DNA of 64,000 nucleotides, taken from positions 8,479 through 72,478 of the forward strand of contig JAYOTG010000009.1 of assembly GCA_038150305.1 (NCBI GenBank). Reading direction: 5' to 3'. The notes under the pieces were generated by a model, which saw only the letters and a program-made list of their open reading frames with translations, was not told the DNA's origin and did not search any database. The DNA comes from Candidatus Poseidoniales archaeon (lineage in GTDB: Archaea; Thermoplasmatota; Poseidoniia; Poseidoniales; Poseidoniaceae). This document shows positions 1 through 9,505 of this stretch, piece after piece. The translations under genes were made by a program, and so were the position numbers. Position 1 is the stretch's first letter, and the number at the start of each line of letters is the position of its first letter.

Positions 1-2
1 GC

Positions 3-677
3 ACCACGCTGACCCATTCCCTGCTCTTTGTGACGGCCCATCCGCTCGTGGTGCTGGTCGGTAGCGCGGTGCTTCTGGCGCTTGGCCGAGATATCATTCC
101 ACCAGGGCGCCGTGGATGGGCCGGCGGCTTGCTCGGTTTGCTCGGTGCATCGCTGACCTTGCTCGACGTGGGCGAAGCCACCGGTGGGCAGGAAGTGACC
201 TTCTTCGGTGATCTGCTGGCGTTCCTCGGCGCCGTCTTCGTGGTGGGTTACCTCGCCGCAGGCCGCGTGCTCCGAGCACGCTGGCCGGTCTTCCTCTACG
301 CTGCGGCGGTCACCGGCCTTGCTTCAGTGCTGCTGGCGGCCGGTTCCGGTGCTGCGGAGCAGGGCGCCATCGCGGACCACGGCCTCGTGGGATGGACGGG
401 ACCGACGTGGCTGGTCGGCTTCTTGACGCTGGCCTTCTTTGCCGGCTTGGTCGGCCACACGGGCTTGAACCACTGCCTGAAGACCATGACGCCGCTCACC
501 ATCTCGATCACGTTGACCATGGAGCCGGTCGTCGGTTCCATCATCGGGCTCGTCGCGTTCAAGACCGGGATTCCCGGTCCGGCCACGCTTGTCGGTGGCC
601 TGGTGATGTTGGCCGGTCTTCTCCTGGTGGTGTCCAACCCAGAACCGGACGCGCCTGATGAACGAAGCCACGCATGA
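3..677 (+). CDS. EamA/DMT-family transporter, C-terminal portion (5' end runs off the window)
   Basis: The frame is open from the window edge. About 6 hydrophobic helices, Gly/Ala/Leu-rich, with an EamA-like second repeat (HTGLNHCLKTMTPLTISITLTMEPVVGSIIG). Confidence 0.5.
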   Translation, partial: TTLTHSLLFVTAHPLVVLVGSAVLLALGRDIIPPGRRGWAGGLLGLLGASLTLLDVGEATGGQEVTFFGDLLAFLGAVFVVGYLAAGRVLRARWPVFLYAAAVTGLASVLLAAGSGAAEQGAIADHGLVGWTGPTWLVGFLTLAFFAGLVGHTGLNHCLKTMTPLTISITLTMEPVVGSIIGLVAFKTGIPGPATLVGGLVMLAGLLLVVSNPEPDAPDERSHA

Positions 678-779
678 GGTCGCGGTCAAAGAAGCATGAG
701 CAGGTCACTGTTTCTTTCATCGTAGCCCGCCCATGCTTGCATGGCGAACCATCATGTAGCACGTGCAAGACCTTGCAGC

Positions 780-1766
780 ATGCCGAAGGATGAGGGCTGG
801 CTGGTCCTGACCAACGACGACGGCATCGAAGCACCAGGTTTCGAATTGCTCGTCAAGTCCCTTCATGCGGCAGGGCACCCCGTGGTCTCCTTCGCGCCCA
901 AGGGCAACCATTCGGCCGCGGGCATGCGCATCCAACTCGGCTCACCCATGCCGCTGCGGGAACGTGTGGATTTGGTGGAGGCATGGGGCCTGACCGGTGA
1001 TGCGCCCGTTCGCCTGTTCGAGTTGGACGGCACGCCGTGTGACACGATGATCGTCGCGCTGGACGGTGGTTTGGCGCACGTCGCCCCTGAGATTGTGCCA
1101 CGTTTGGTCGTCTCCGGCGTCAACCTTGGGCCAAACTTGAGCCAGGACGCCTACCACAGCGGCACGATGGGGGCTGCGCGTGAAGCCGGCCTGTACGGCA
1201 TGCCCGCCATCGCTTCCTCGTTCACCTCCTTCGAGCCCGAAGGCATGCAGAAGGCCGTGGACGCCACGGTGATGCTCGTCGAGCGCGTCCTTCCCTTGCT
1301 GCCCAAGGCCGCGATCAACCTGCGACGCCCGACGGTTGACCTGAGTGCTGCACACATCAGCCCGTGGCCACACGAAGCCCTCGAGCACGCCTGGGCCGAG
1401 GAACCGTTCGCGGCCGTCGTGACCGCCTTCCAGCACGGAGAACTGATGCTCAACCTCAACGTCGGGCCCGAATGGGACGGGACCTGGTCAAGCACGCGTC
1501 TTGGCACGCGATGGTACCGTGATGCGGTCAGTTTCGAGGACGCCGGAGAAGGCGAGGTGGCGACCTTTAGGATCGGTGCCGCGAGCATCGACCATTCGGT
1601 CGTCGAAGGCGGAGATTGCGACGCGGTCGATGCGGGCTCTGCAAGCCTGTCCTCGCTCCCAACGTGGCCCGCCACGCATCCTTTCGCGTTAGAAGAAGCC
1701 CTGCTGGCCCAAGCGCTCCGTGCCGGCGAGGACGGATGGCCGCTCTGGATGGGTCATCAGGCCTGA
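780..1766 (+). CDS. surE: 5'/3'-nucleotidase SurE
   Basis: N-terminal WLVLTNDDGIEAPG signature. GVNLGPN and Y-SGTMGAAREA motifs, and a C-terminal D-AVDAG-ASLSSL motif. ATG at 780 is preferred over 741 because it sits just before the LTNDDG motif. Confidence 0.8.
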   Translation: MPKDEGWLVLTNDDGIEAPGFELLVKSLHAAGHPVVSFAPKGNHSAAGMRIQLGSPMPLRERVDLVEAWGLTGDAPVRLFELDGTPCDTMIVALDGGLAHVAPEIVPRLVVSGVNLGPNLSQDAYHSGTMGAAREAGLYGMPAIASSFTSFEPEGMQKAVDATVMLVERVLPLLPKAAINLRRPTVDLSAAHISPWPHEALEHAWAEEPFAAVVTAFQHGELMLNLNVGPEWDGTWSSTRLGTRWYRDAVSFEDAGEGEVATFRIGAASIDHSVVEGGDCDAVDAGSASLSSLPTWPATHPFALEEALLAQALRAGEDGWPLWMGHQA

Positions 1767-2356
1767 CGGTCGAGCAACCAATGCACGATGTGCACGGCGG
1801 CGTGGCCTTGCAACCAGCGGTCGCCAAGGCTGCAGCGATCGACGGCATGCCCGCCGAGGTCGGCTTCGGAAAGGGGCTTGTCGTCACTCAAGACGAAGCC
1901 GAGGTCGCGTTCCGAGAGTTCGGGTTGCTCAACGAGCATGCCGTCGAAGGACGGGGCTTCAGCGTCGAGCACGAACACGGTGCTCTCGCTCCATTCGCGA
2001 AGGGTGTCCGCCAAGGCGCCGCCGCTTTCGTCCAGTCCGGGCGTAACTTCGCGCCACTGCCCTCGGGGCGGTTGAGGCTTCAGCAGCGCTTTGCCAAGCA
2101 TGCCCGCCGCGGAGCGTTCGTCGGCATGCAGGCCGCGAAGGGTGGCACCGTTGAGGCGCAGCCGTCGGGCGGGGCCGGGTCCTCCGCCCAAATGCAGGAT
2201 GACCTCCACGTCCTCACGCCGTCCGTGGCTGGTGAGGAGCGCCGCGGTGGTGGCCCTGACGAGCACGTCGAAGCGTCCACCGGCACCGGCCAAATCGTTG
2301 AGCGGCACTTTGCCACGGGCCATTGCGCGGTGCCCGATGACGGCGAAGCGTCGCAC
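1757..2356 (-). CDS. trmY: tRNA (pseudouridine54-N1)-methyltransferase TrmY (SPOUT)
   Basis: MRRF-V-GH start. L-DLAGAGGRFDVLVR, SHGRREDV, ADERS-AG-L-KAL and FVLSDD motifs are colinear with my memory of M. jannaschii TrmY. Confidence 0.7.
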   Translation of the reverse strand: MRRFAVIGHRAMARGKVPLNDLAGAGGRFDVLVRATTAALLTSHGRREDVEVILHLGGGPGPARRLRLNGATLRGLHADERSAAGMLGKALLKPQPPRGQWREVTPGLDESGGALADTLREWSESTVFVLDAEAPSFDGMLVEQPELSERDLGFVLSDDKPLSEADLGGHAVDRCSLGDRWLQGHAAVHIVHWLLDRQA

Positions 2357-2357
2357 C

Positions 2358-3605
2358 TCAGGACCCCCGCTCGATCAATCGGCGGATGGCCTCCACGAGG
2401 TCGCGTTCGGTGCGGAGGGCAAAATCAGCGCCCGTGGCGTCGACGAGGTGGCCTCGTGGTCGCGTGTCGTCGCCGAGGTCCTCGAGTCGGTTGGCGATGA
2501 CCGCGGTCATGCCGGCTCGCTCCACTTGTGCGACTGCCCGCCGAACGAGTTCCTTCTGTTTGATGCCGGTTTCCAGCTTGAATCCAATTCGAACCGCGCC
2601 TTCGCAGGCTTCGCGGAGCGCATCGATGTGCTTCGGGCCTGGGGCGAGGTCGATCTGCAAGCCGTCGGAGCCTGAGGCCACCTTGCCTTCGGCGGGATCG
2701 GTGATGAGGTAATCGAGCACGGCGGCCACGTGGACCCACGCGTCGAGCCGGTCACGCGCGACGGCTTGGCACTCGGCCAGCATGTCCGGCGCGGTTTCGG
2801 CTCGAATGACGAGGGGCAACCACGCCGGCTGTTCCACCGTGGTCAGCCCTGCGATGCAGGTCACGTCGTGTCCATGGCGGTAGAGGTCGTCCGCGACGGC
2901 CCAACCGGTGCGGCCGCTGCTGGTGTTGACCAAGCGCCGCACGTCGTCCATCGGCGTGGCGGTCGCGCCGAGGGTGACCGCCACGGAGCGGCGTTGCGGA
3001 GCGCGGGCGTTGAGGAGGTGAGCGAATCGGGCCACGACTTCTGTGTGGCCAGCCGTTTTTCGCTTCCCCTCTTGGAGCGGGCCCCACAACACGTGCATGC
3101 CCTGTTCACGCGCGGCTTCGACCAAGTCGTCGGTGACGGGGTCGCTCGCCAGATCTTCGTGCATGCTGGGCACGGCCATGATGGGCGTGCCGCGAGAACG
3201 CGCCACAGAGAGCGCCATCATCAGCGGCCCACCTTGGAGGCCGTGCACGTGGGCGGCCAGCGTGTTTCGCGTTGCGGGCGCCACAAGCACGCCGTCGACG
3301 TCGTCGAGTTGATCCATCCCGCTCGACCAATCGGTGAGCACCGCGCCGTCCGTGGCCCATTCCACAGCGAGGGGGGTGATGATGCGCTGTGCGGCCTCGG
3401 ACATCACGGTCAGCACGTCTGCGCCGTGGCGGCGAAGTTCACGCGCCAAACGCACGGTGTCCACGGCAGCGATGCCTCCGCTGACCCCCAACACCACCCG
3501 ACGCCCCTCGAGGGAATCGCCGAGGCGTTCGACGCCCGTGTCGCTGCTCACAGCCTGCGGGAAACGCCGCTCGCCATGACTCCTTCGCCGAGGGCGAGGC
3601 TTCAT
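2358..3605 (-). CDS. coaBC: Bifunctional phosphopantothenoylcysteine decarboxylase / phosphopantothenate-cysteine ligase CoaBC
   Basis: Flavoprotein N-domain (RRVVLGVSGGIAAVDTVRLAREL, APATRNTLA) followed by a DFP/CoaB ligase domain (VNTSSGRTGWAVADDL, IGFKLET, VIANRL). Start set at Met236 of the 650-aa ORF. The upstream 235 aa are low-complexity and overlap a better gene on the + strand. Confidence 0.8.
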   Translation of the reverse strand: MKPRPRRRSHGERRFPQAVSSDTGVERLGDSLEGRRVVLGVSGGIAAVDTVRLARELRRHGADVLTVMSEAAQRIITPLAVEWATDGAVLTDWSSGMDQLDDVDGVLVAPATRNTLAAHVHGLQGGPLMMALSVARSRGTPIMAVPSMHEDLASDPVTDDLVEAAREQGMHVLWGPLQEGKRKTAGHTEVVARFAHLLNARAPQRRSVAVTLGATATPMDDVRRLVNTSSGRTGWAVADDLYRHGHDVTCIAGLTTVEQPAWLPLVIRAETAPDMLAECQAVARDRLDAWVHVAAVLDYLITDPAEGKVASGSDGLQIDLAPGPKHIDALREACEGAVRIGFKLETGIKQKELVRRAVAQVERAGMTAVIANRLEDLGDDTRPRGHLVDATGADFALRTERDLVEAIRRLIERGS

Positions 3606-3707
3606 GGCATCCGCCCGAGAGCCTCGCGCATGGCGAACCGAGGCGACGACCTCGTGCTGGCGGGCGCGCCGCCGGCACGGAGCTCGACCCCTTCGTCGCC
3701 CTTCGCC

Positions 3708-4253
3708 ATGCATCACCGCAGCACGGTGTTCATCCTCGCCGTGGACCTCTTCGTCCTCGCGTACGCTTCGTTCGCGCTTGCGGCCTTGTTCAGCGTGGAC
3801 TTGGGCCTGACCGGATCGGTGGTCTTCGCGGTGGTCTTCGGCCGCTTGTGGACCGGGTACAGGGCTCGACGAACATGGGCGTATTGGCCCGCGGTCGTGG
3901 TCATGAGCTTGACCTTCCTGTTCTTCATGGCCTTGTCCTTGCTTTACCTGTGGAACGGGCTTCGCGGTGACCTCATGGGCGTCCTGCTTGCCTTCCTCAT
4001 GATTTGGGCCGCCTTTGGGACCGGTCGGCGCGTCCGTGTGCACCTGCTTCCGACCTACAAAGCGGCCTATGCTGAGAAACCCATGGACCTTGAAGCGGGC
4101 CTGGAACCCGGTGAAATGCTCGCCGCTTGCCCACACTGTTTGGCGGTACTCGCCATCCGACCTGAGGCGCTCTCGGGTGAGGACCGCTGCCCGCACTGCG
4201 AGGGGGCCTTGGTGAGTCCTGATATGGTCGCACGACACGACGAAGAAGCTTGA
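3708..4253 (+). CDS. Hypothetical membrane protein with C-terminal zinc ribbon
   Basis: About 4 hydrophobic helices, then CPHC-x21-CPHC. Divergent from coaBC. An alternative ATG exists at 3630. Confidence 0.5.
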   Translation: MHHRSTVFILAVDLFVLAYASFALAALFSVDLGLTGSVVFAVVFGRLWTGYRARRTWAYWPAVVVMSLTFLFFMALSLLYLWNGLRGDLMGVLLAFLMIWAAFGTGRRVRVHLLPTYKAAYAEKPMDLEAGLEPGEMLAACPHCLAVLAIRPEALSGEDRCPHCEGALVSPDMVARHDEEA

Positions 4254-4309
4254 GCCCGCATGTGTTGGGTTTATGATGGGGTCGCGGGTGGCCGGGTCAG
4301 GAGAGAACA

Positions 4310-5005
4310 ATGTCCCAAGGTCAGAACGGCGCCGAGCTGCGCCTGGTGACCCCGGGTTCGGCCATCGGGCCGGTGTCCGGGCGTCGAGTCGGAACTGGAG
4401 CCCTCATTCAGGGCGACGAAATCATCGCTACCCGAGTTGGCCACATCCGTGAGCGTCACGGCACCGTGTCGGTTGACCCCGTGGCCAGCTGTTACATGCC
4501 CCGCTCTGGCGACTTGGTGATCGGCACGGTCATCGAGGCACGCAGCAACCTCTGGTTCCTCGACATCAACGGACCCTTCCAAGCCCTCCTCCCCATGTCG
4601 CTCGCCCCGTGGAAGGTCGAGTTCGGGGGCACCCGCGACCACGCGGACATCAACGACAGCCTGCTCATGCGTGTGCAGGAAGTTGACGAGGTCCAGAACG
4701 TCGTGGCGACGATGAAGGGCATCGGCCTGCGCCGCCTTGCAGAAGGTGCAGTGCTCACCCTCGATGTCCAGCACATCGACACCCTCCGCGCTGAAGGTGC
4801 GGCTCTTCTCAAGCGGCTTCGCGACCTCAGCGACTGCCGCCTTGTCCTCGCCGACAACGGTCGGTTGTGGGCTGACGGCGACGCGGCCGGCATCGACTGG
4901 CTCCGCGCCCTCCTCCGAGCGGTCGCTGCCGCAGGACGCTCGGACAGCTTCGAGGCCATCCTCGACGCGCATGCGGCAAACGCTCCAAACCAAGGTGATG
5001 CATGA
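4310..5005 (+). CDS. rrp4: Exosome complex RNA-binding subunit Rrp4 (S1 + KH)
   Basis: An S1-like segment (GDLVIGTVIEARSNLWFLDI) followed by a KH-like C-terminal region. First gene of the Rrp4-Rrp41-Rrp42 order. Confidence 0.8.
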   Translation: MSQGQNGAELRLVTPGSAIGPVSGRRVGTGALIQGDEIIATRVGHIRERHGTVSVDPVASCYMPRSGDLVIGTVIEARSNLWFLDINGPFQALLPMSLAPWKVEFGGTRDHADINDSLLMRVQEVDEVQNVVATMKGIGLRRLAEGAVLTLDVQHIDTLRAEGAALLKRLRDLSDCRLVLADNGRLWADGDAAGIDWLRALLRAVAAAGRSDSFEAILDAHAANAPNQGDA

Positions 5006-5733
5006 TGGGTGGATACGGCGATGTCAAACTCCTGAACGACGATGGGACGCGCCTTGACGGCCGCACCGTCGATGAGATGCGCCCGGTCGAAATCAAGGCC
5101 GGCATCCTGCCCGCAGCCCAAGGCTCGGCATGGGTGAAGCACGGCCTCAACGTGGCCGTGGTCGCGGTCTACGGCCCGATGGAAGCGCACCCCCGCAAGA
5201 TCCAGCGCCAAGACCGCGCTGTCCTCGACGTGCGCTACAACATGGCGCCCTTCTCCACCTCGGACCGCATCCGCCCCGGCTTCAACCGCCGCTCGCGAGA
5301 GATTTCCAAGGTCACCGCAGAAGCCCTCGAATCCGTCGTGCTGCTCGAGCGCTACCCGCGCTCGAAGATTCGCGTCGAAATCGAGATCCTCGCGGCCGAA
5401 GCCGGCACCCGCTGCGTGGGCATCACGGCCGCCTCGGTGGCCCTCGCCGACGCCGGCATCCCAATGCGCGATATGGTCGTCGGCATCGCCTCCGGCAAGA
5501 TCCAGGACACCGTCGTGCTCGACCTCGACAAGGCCGAGGACAACTACGGTCAGGCTGACCTTCCGATGGGCATCTGCCCTAACACGGGTGAACTCGTCTT
5601 CCTCCAGATGGACGGCGACCTGTCCATTGAGGAGTACAACCTCGCGACCGAGTACAACTACAAGGCCGCGGCCGAAATCCATGAGATCATGGTCGCCGCT
5701 CTGAAGGCCCGATACGACGGAGGTGAGGCGTGA
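5002..5733 (+). CDS. rrp41: Exosome complex exonuclease Rrp41 (RNase PH domain)
   Basis: R-DGR-DEMRP, GSAWV-G-VVAVYGP and NM-PFST-DR motifs. ATGA overlap with the rrp4 stop. Confidence 0.9.
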   Translation: MMGGYGDVKLLNDDGTRLDGRTVDEMRPVEIKAGILPAAQGSAWVKHGLNVAVVAVYGPMEAHPRKIQRQDRAVLDVRYNMAPFSTSDRIRPGFNRRSREISKVTAEALESVVLLERYPRSKIRVEIEILAAEAGTRCVGITAASVALADAGIPMRDMVVGIASGKIQDTVVLDLDKAEDNYGQADLPMGICPNTGELVFLQMDGDLSIEEYNLATEYNYKAAAEIHEIMVAALKARYDGGEA

Positions 5734-6518
5734 TGGCTGCTCCCGTCCCCAGTTTGCTCCGTCAAGAACTCGAGCGCCTGGCCGAGTCCGACCAGCGCAT
5801 CGACGGCCGAGGTCGTTGGGACCGCCGCGACGTTCAGCTTGAGGTGGACATTCTCTACAACGCCGAAGGCTCCGCCAAGGTGACGTGGGGCGACACGGTG
5901 GTCTACGCCGGGGTCAAGTTCGAGCTGCGCACTCCGTGGCCGGACCGACCCACCCAAGGTTCCCTGATGTGCGGTGCTGAATTGCGCCCCGTGGCGCACC
6001 GCAAGTACGAGCCCGGCCCCCCCAGCCCACAATCCATCGAGCTTGGTCGTGTGGTGGACCGCGGCATCCGCGAGTCCGGCTGCATCGACATGGAAGCCCT
6101 GTGCATTGTGCCCGGCGAGAAGGTCTGGGGCGTGATGATCGACATCCACGTGCTTTCCGACGGTGGCAACATCTTCGACGCCTGCGGTCTTGCGGCCATT
6201 GCCGCACTGCGCACCGCCGTCGTGCCCGCAGAGCGCTTTGACGTCGGTGAAGACCACGTCCTCGCGGTCAAGGGCACGCCCGTCATGGCCTCCTTCCAGC
6301 GCGTCGGTGGACGCTTCGTCTACGACCCCTGCGAAGACGAGGAGACCGGCGGCGAGGAGCGGATCCACATTACCCTCGGTGACGAGGAGCACCTCCACTC
6401 CCTTCAGAAGGGCCTAAAAGGAGCCTTCACGCCCGCCGAGTTCGCCGAGATCCTTGAGGTCGCCCGAACGCACTGTGGTGAACTCCGAGAACTCGTCAGC
6501 AGCATGGAGGGGAACTGA
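5733..6518 (+). CDS. rrp42: Exosome complex subunit Rrp42 (RNase PH-like)
   Basis: RIDGRG-DRRDV, EGSAKV-GDT-VYAGVK and a second RNase PH-like fold. Overlaps the rrp41 stop. GTG at 5730 is an alternative start. Confidence 0.85.
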   Translation: MAAPVPSLLRQELERLAESDQRIDGRGRWDRRDVQLEVDILYNAEGSAKVTWGDTVVYAGVKFELRTPWPDRPTQGSLMCGAELRPVAHRKYEPGPPSPQSIELGRVVDRGIRESGCIDMEALCIVPGEKVWGVMIDIHVLSDGGNIFDACGLAAIAALRTAVVPAERFDVGEDHVLAVKGTPVMASFQRVGGRFVYDPCEDEETGGEERIHITLGDEEHLHSLQKGLKGAFTPAEFAEILEVARTHCGELRELVSSMEGN

Positions 6519-6878
6519 TTGGCCAAGCGCACCCAGAAAGCCGGACGAACCGGTCGCTTCGGCGCCCGCTACGGTGTGAGCGTTCGACGCAACGCAGGCG
6601 TTGCCCTGGCCAAGAAGTCGGCCAAGTACACCTGCCCCACCTGCCAGTACCGCAAGGTCCGCCGCAAGGCGGCTGGCATCTGGCACTGCAGCAAGTGCGA
6701 CTACACCTTCGCCGGTGGCGTTTGGGAACCCTTCACCCGTGCTTCCGACACCAACGCTCGCATCGTCCGTCGCAACGCCGACGGCGCGACCACGGCCGAC
6801 ATGGCCTACATCGCCCAGCAGGCCGCGCTTGACTACGAGCGCCGCCTCGCCGCTGGCGAGATCGACGAAGAGGAGTGA
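6519..6878 (+). CDS. rpl37ae: Ribosomal protein L37Ae (eL43)
   Basis: MAKRTQKAGRTGRFGARYG N-terminus and a C4 zinc finger (CPTC...CSKC). TTG start directly after the rrp42 stop. Carries an extra acidic C-terminal tail. Confidence 0.9.
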   Translation: MAKRTQKAGRTGRFGARYGVSVRRNAGVALAKKSAKYTCPTCQYRKVRRKAAGIWHCSKCDYTFAGGVWEPFTRASDTNARIVRRNADGATTADMAYIAQQAALDYERRLAAGEIDEEE

Positions 6879-7111
6879 TACGGCTGTTGGCGCCCTGCGC
6901 CGCCACGCTCACCGTTGACGTCACCGCGCCAGCCTTGCATCGCGCGCTTGTGGCGTGCTTGAGCACCGAGCACGAGGTGCACATCGACGGCACACACCTT
7001 TCGTGGACCTTCGGTGAAGCCCGCGTCAGCGATCTTCGCGCGGTGATGAACACCGCCCTTCGCTCCCTCATCGCCGCCGATGAGGTCGTTTCACAACCAC
7101 CGCGTTCTTGA
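6875..7111 (+). CDS. Possible KEOPS subunit Pcc1-like protein
   Basis: 78 aa. GTGA overlap with the L37ae stop. ATLTVDV-AP-L-RAL...ARVSDLRAVMNTALRSLIAADEV resembles the Pcc1 pattern as I remember it from Pyrococcus, and a position next to prefoldin beta is typical. By-eye match only. Confidence 0.45.
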   Translation: MIRLLAPCAATLTVDVTAPALHRALVACLSTEHEVHIDGTHLSWTFGEARVSDLRAVMNTALRSLIAADEVVSQPPRS

Positions 7112-7134
7112 GGGGCCTCCCCTCCGTATGGACC

Positions 7135-7449
7135 ATGAGCGAACTCGAGCGTCTGCAGGTTGTCGTCGGCGAAGTCCAAACGGCGCGCCAACAGGTGGCG
7201 ACCGTCCGCAACCAAGTCGCTGAACTCGAGGGCACCATTGCAGCGGTTGAGGCCCAGCCCGAAGGGCTTGCCCTGCACCGCCACCTTGGTGGTGTGCTGA
7301 TTGAAGTCGGCGATCGAGCGACGCTCATCGAGGACCTGAAGACCAGCCACGCCCGACTCCAAGAGCACCTGCAGCGCCTGACGGAGCACGAAGCACGTCT
7401 GATCGAAGCCTACGAAACCATGCGCAAGGACCTCGAGGGATCTGCGTGA
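7135..7449 (+). CDS. pfdB: Prefoldin beta subunit
   Basis: About 105-aa coiled-coil / beta-hairpin / coiled-coil layout (LERLQ...LEGTIAAVE...VLIEV...LQEHLQRL). Conserved exosome-operon position. Confidence 0.75.
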   Translation: MSELERLQVVVGEVQTARQQVATVRNQVAELEGTIAAVEAQPEGLALHRHLGGVLIEVGDRATLIEDLKTSHARLQEHLQRLTEHEARLIEAYETMRKDLEGSA

Positions 7450-8447
7450 CGGCTTTCGAAGCCGACCTAGATCGGCTTCATGTGTGGTTGAATGAGGCCG
7501 CTTCTCGCGGCGCCGTGCCCGTGGTCTGTGGCGCCAACGGCGACATGGACACCGTGGCTTCTGCCGTTGCCTTGGCGGCGGCTCTCCCGCAAGCCATGGC
7601 CTGTGGGCGCCATTTGGGCCGCTTGGCCAAGCGTCTGGTGGACGATGAGCAGGCCCCTTTCCGTCGTCTCGGGCGCCCAACGGCATGGCCAAGCGCGCTC
7701 GGGGGCCTTGTGGTGGTGGATGCCGCTGCGCCAAGCCAAGTTGATCTCGACCTTCCAGAGGGTGTTCCAGTGTGCGTGCTCGATCACCACGCGACCGACG
7801 GCTGGCCGCTCGGGGACCAAGATTTGAGCCTGAAATGGCCGGTGTCCGCCACCACGGAGATCGTCACGGCCTACTTGTCTCGTCATCATCCAGCCGCCTT
7901 GACCGCGCCGGTGAAGCGGCTTCTCATGGCAGGGCTCATCACGGATACGGGTCGGTTCAAGCACGCTCAAGCGTCGTCCTTCCGCTCCGCCCTCACCTTG
8001 CTTGAGGACGACGAACTCGATTACAGGACACTCGTCGACCGCATTGAAGCGGACGTTGACGTGACCTCAAGCGACCACGGCGCGCTGTTGAAGGGCCTGC
8101 AACGGGCAACGACCACGGACGCAGGCCCGTGGCGTCTGGTCACGACCCGGGCAGGAACCCTCGAAGGTCGCCTCGCCTCCATGCTTCTCGGAACCGGCGC
8201 CGACGTGTGTTTCGTCGTCCGTCATCGGGACGGAAAGACCCGCGTCACCGGACGAGCCCGAGCCACAGCGTGCCGGGAAGGCTTGCACCTGGGGCGTCTC
8301 CTCGAGGAGCTGGCCGCCGTTCACGGCGGCGAAGGTGGAGGTCATGACGGCGCAGCCGGCTGGACGTCCGGGCTCGATCGCGTCGCCGCAGAAACCGCAG
8401 CGCTGGCCGCTGTTGCCGCAACCCCAAGACACGAGGTGAACCCCTGA
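7446..8447 (+). CDS. DHH/DHHA1-family phosphoesterase (NrnA/RecJ-like)
   Basis: GDMDTVASAVAL, VVDAA, VLDHH (the DHH motif), GLITDTGRF and a C-terminal GGGHDGAAG (DHHA1 GGGH). GTGA overlap with the pfdB stop. Confidence 0.75.
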   Translation: MTAFEADLDRLHVWLNEAASRGAVPVVCGANGDMDTVASAVALAAALPQAMACGRHLGRLAKRLVDDEQAPFRRLGRPTAWPSALGGLVVVDAAAPSQVDLDLPEGVPVCVLDHHATDGWPLGDQDLSLKWPVSATTEIVTAYLSRHHPAALTAPVKRLLMAGLITDTGRFKHAQASSFRSALTLLEDDELDYRTLVDRIEADVDVTSSDHGALLKGLQRATTTDAGPWRLVTTRAGTLEGRLASMLLGTGADVCFVVRHRDGKTRVTGRARATACREGLHLGRLLEELAAVHGGEGGGHDGAAGWTSGLDRVAAETAALAAVAATPRHEVNP

Positions 8448-9505
8448 TGCGTGGACCGGAAGACGTCGTCAATCAAGCCCGCGATGGCGCGACCTTGGAG
8501 CAGGTCACCTCCTGGATGGAGGACGCCGGCGTCACCGATTGGCTCCACCTCTGCGAAGCGGCGGTGTTCATGGGCGCGCTCGACCGTGTGGACGAGTGGT
8601 CCAGCGAGCTGACGCCCGCACAGCTTGCGGTGCTGGAGATGGTCCGGATTCGAGCCGCACGTGGCACGCTGGATGAAACCATCATCGAAGCCGCACTCGC
8701 GGTGTGCTCCACGCAAGACACCCGCGACTTGGCGCTCGAAGGGCGCGTGCGGATGGAGCGTGGTCTCTTTCGCTTTGAGCAGGGCGACCACGAAGGAGCC
8801 CGTGACGATTTGACCTGGGCGGAAACTCGCCTGAAATCTGTGGCAAAAGCCTCCCGGGATCACGACCTGACCATCCTCAACAAAGCCGCCTTCCATCTTG
8901 CCCTGGGGGAGCAGGTGATGGCCCTGCAGGTCTACGGTGAGATGTCGAGAACGGCGGGACACGCCAACGAATCCATCGCCATCTCCCGCTTGTCGGCGGG
9001 GCGGATCTACGGTGACCTTGGGCAGATGTTCGAAGCCCTCCGCTTGCTGTGGATTTCGCACACGCACGCCATCCTCGCCGGTCAGCGCATGCTGGCCATC
9101 GAGGCCGGGACCACCTTTGTCGACATGGCCGAGGCGCACCTTTCAGAGGACGCAACGCCGATGGCTGCACAGGTTGAGGCCGCGGGTCCGAGGAACATCG
9201 GTGAGGAGATCCCCGATCCAGCCGTGCTTCGCTCGGAGGCCGAGCAAGTCCTCGCCTGGTGTGCCTCCGCCTGCGGCGAGCGCATCGACGGTGTCGAACG
9301 CCCGGACCTGCGGGCCGTCGCGCTCCTGGCCGCGCGTTACGAACGTCTCGACATCGTCGAGCACCTGCTTGGTGCCGTTGACGGCGTCGAGGACCCCATG
9401 CTCTGTGCGGTCATGCAACACGTCGATGCCGAGCACGCAGAGGCGTGGTCACAACGGATGGCCCAACTCACGATGCACGCGCTTGACCCATTGACCGAGG
9501 TCTGA
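8447..9505 (+). CDS. Hypothetical helical-repeat (TPR-like) protein
   Basis: One-nt overlap (TGATG) with the DHH gene. Alpha-helical repeat character. No family recognised. Confidence 0.5.
   Translation: MRGPEDVVNQARDGATLEQVTSWMEDAGVTDWLHLCEAAVFMGALDRVDEWSSELTPAQLAVLEMVRIRAARGTLDETIIEAALAVCSTQDTRDLALEGRVRMERGLFRFEQGDHEGARDDLTWAETRLKSVAKASRDHDLTILNKAAFHLALGEQVMALQVYGEMSRTAGHANESIAISRLSAGRIYGDLGQMFEALRLLWISHTHAILAGQRMLAIEAGTTFVDMAEAHLSEDATPMAAQVEAAGPRNIGEEIPDPAVLRSEAEQVLAWCASACGERIDGVERPDLRAVALLAARYERLDIVEHLLGAVDGVEDPMLCAVMQHVDAEHAEAWSQRMAQLTMHALDPLTEV

Noticed and set aside
3606-4310. N-terminal 235 aa of the 650-aa CoaBC ORF
   Set aside because: CoaBC homology begins only after Met236. The upstream part is charged low-complexity sequence and overlaps a more plausible plus-strand membrane/zinc-ribbon gene (3708-4253).
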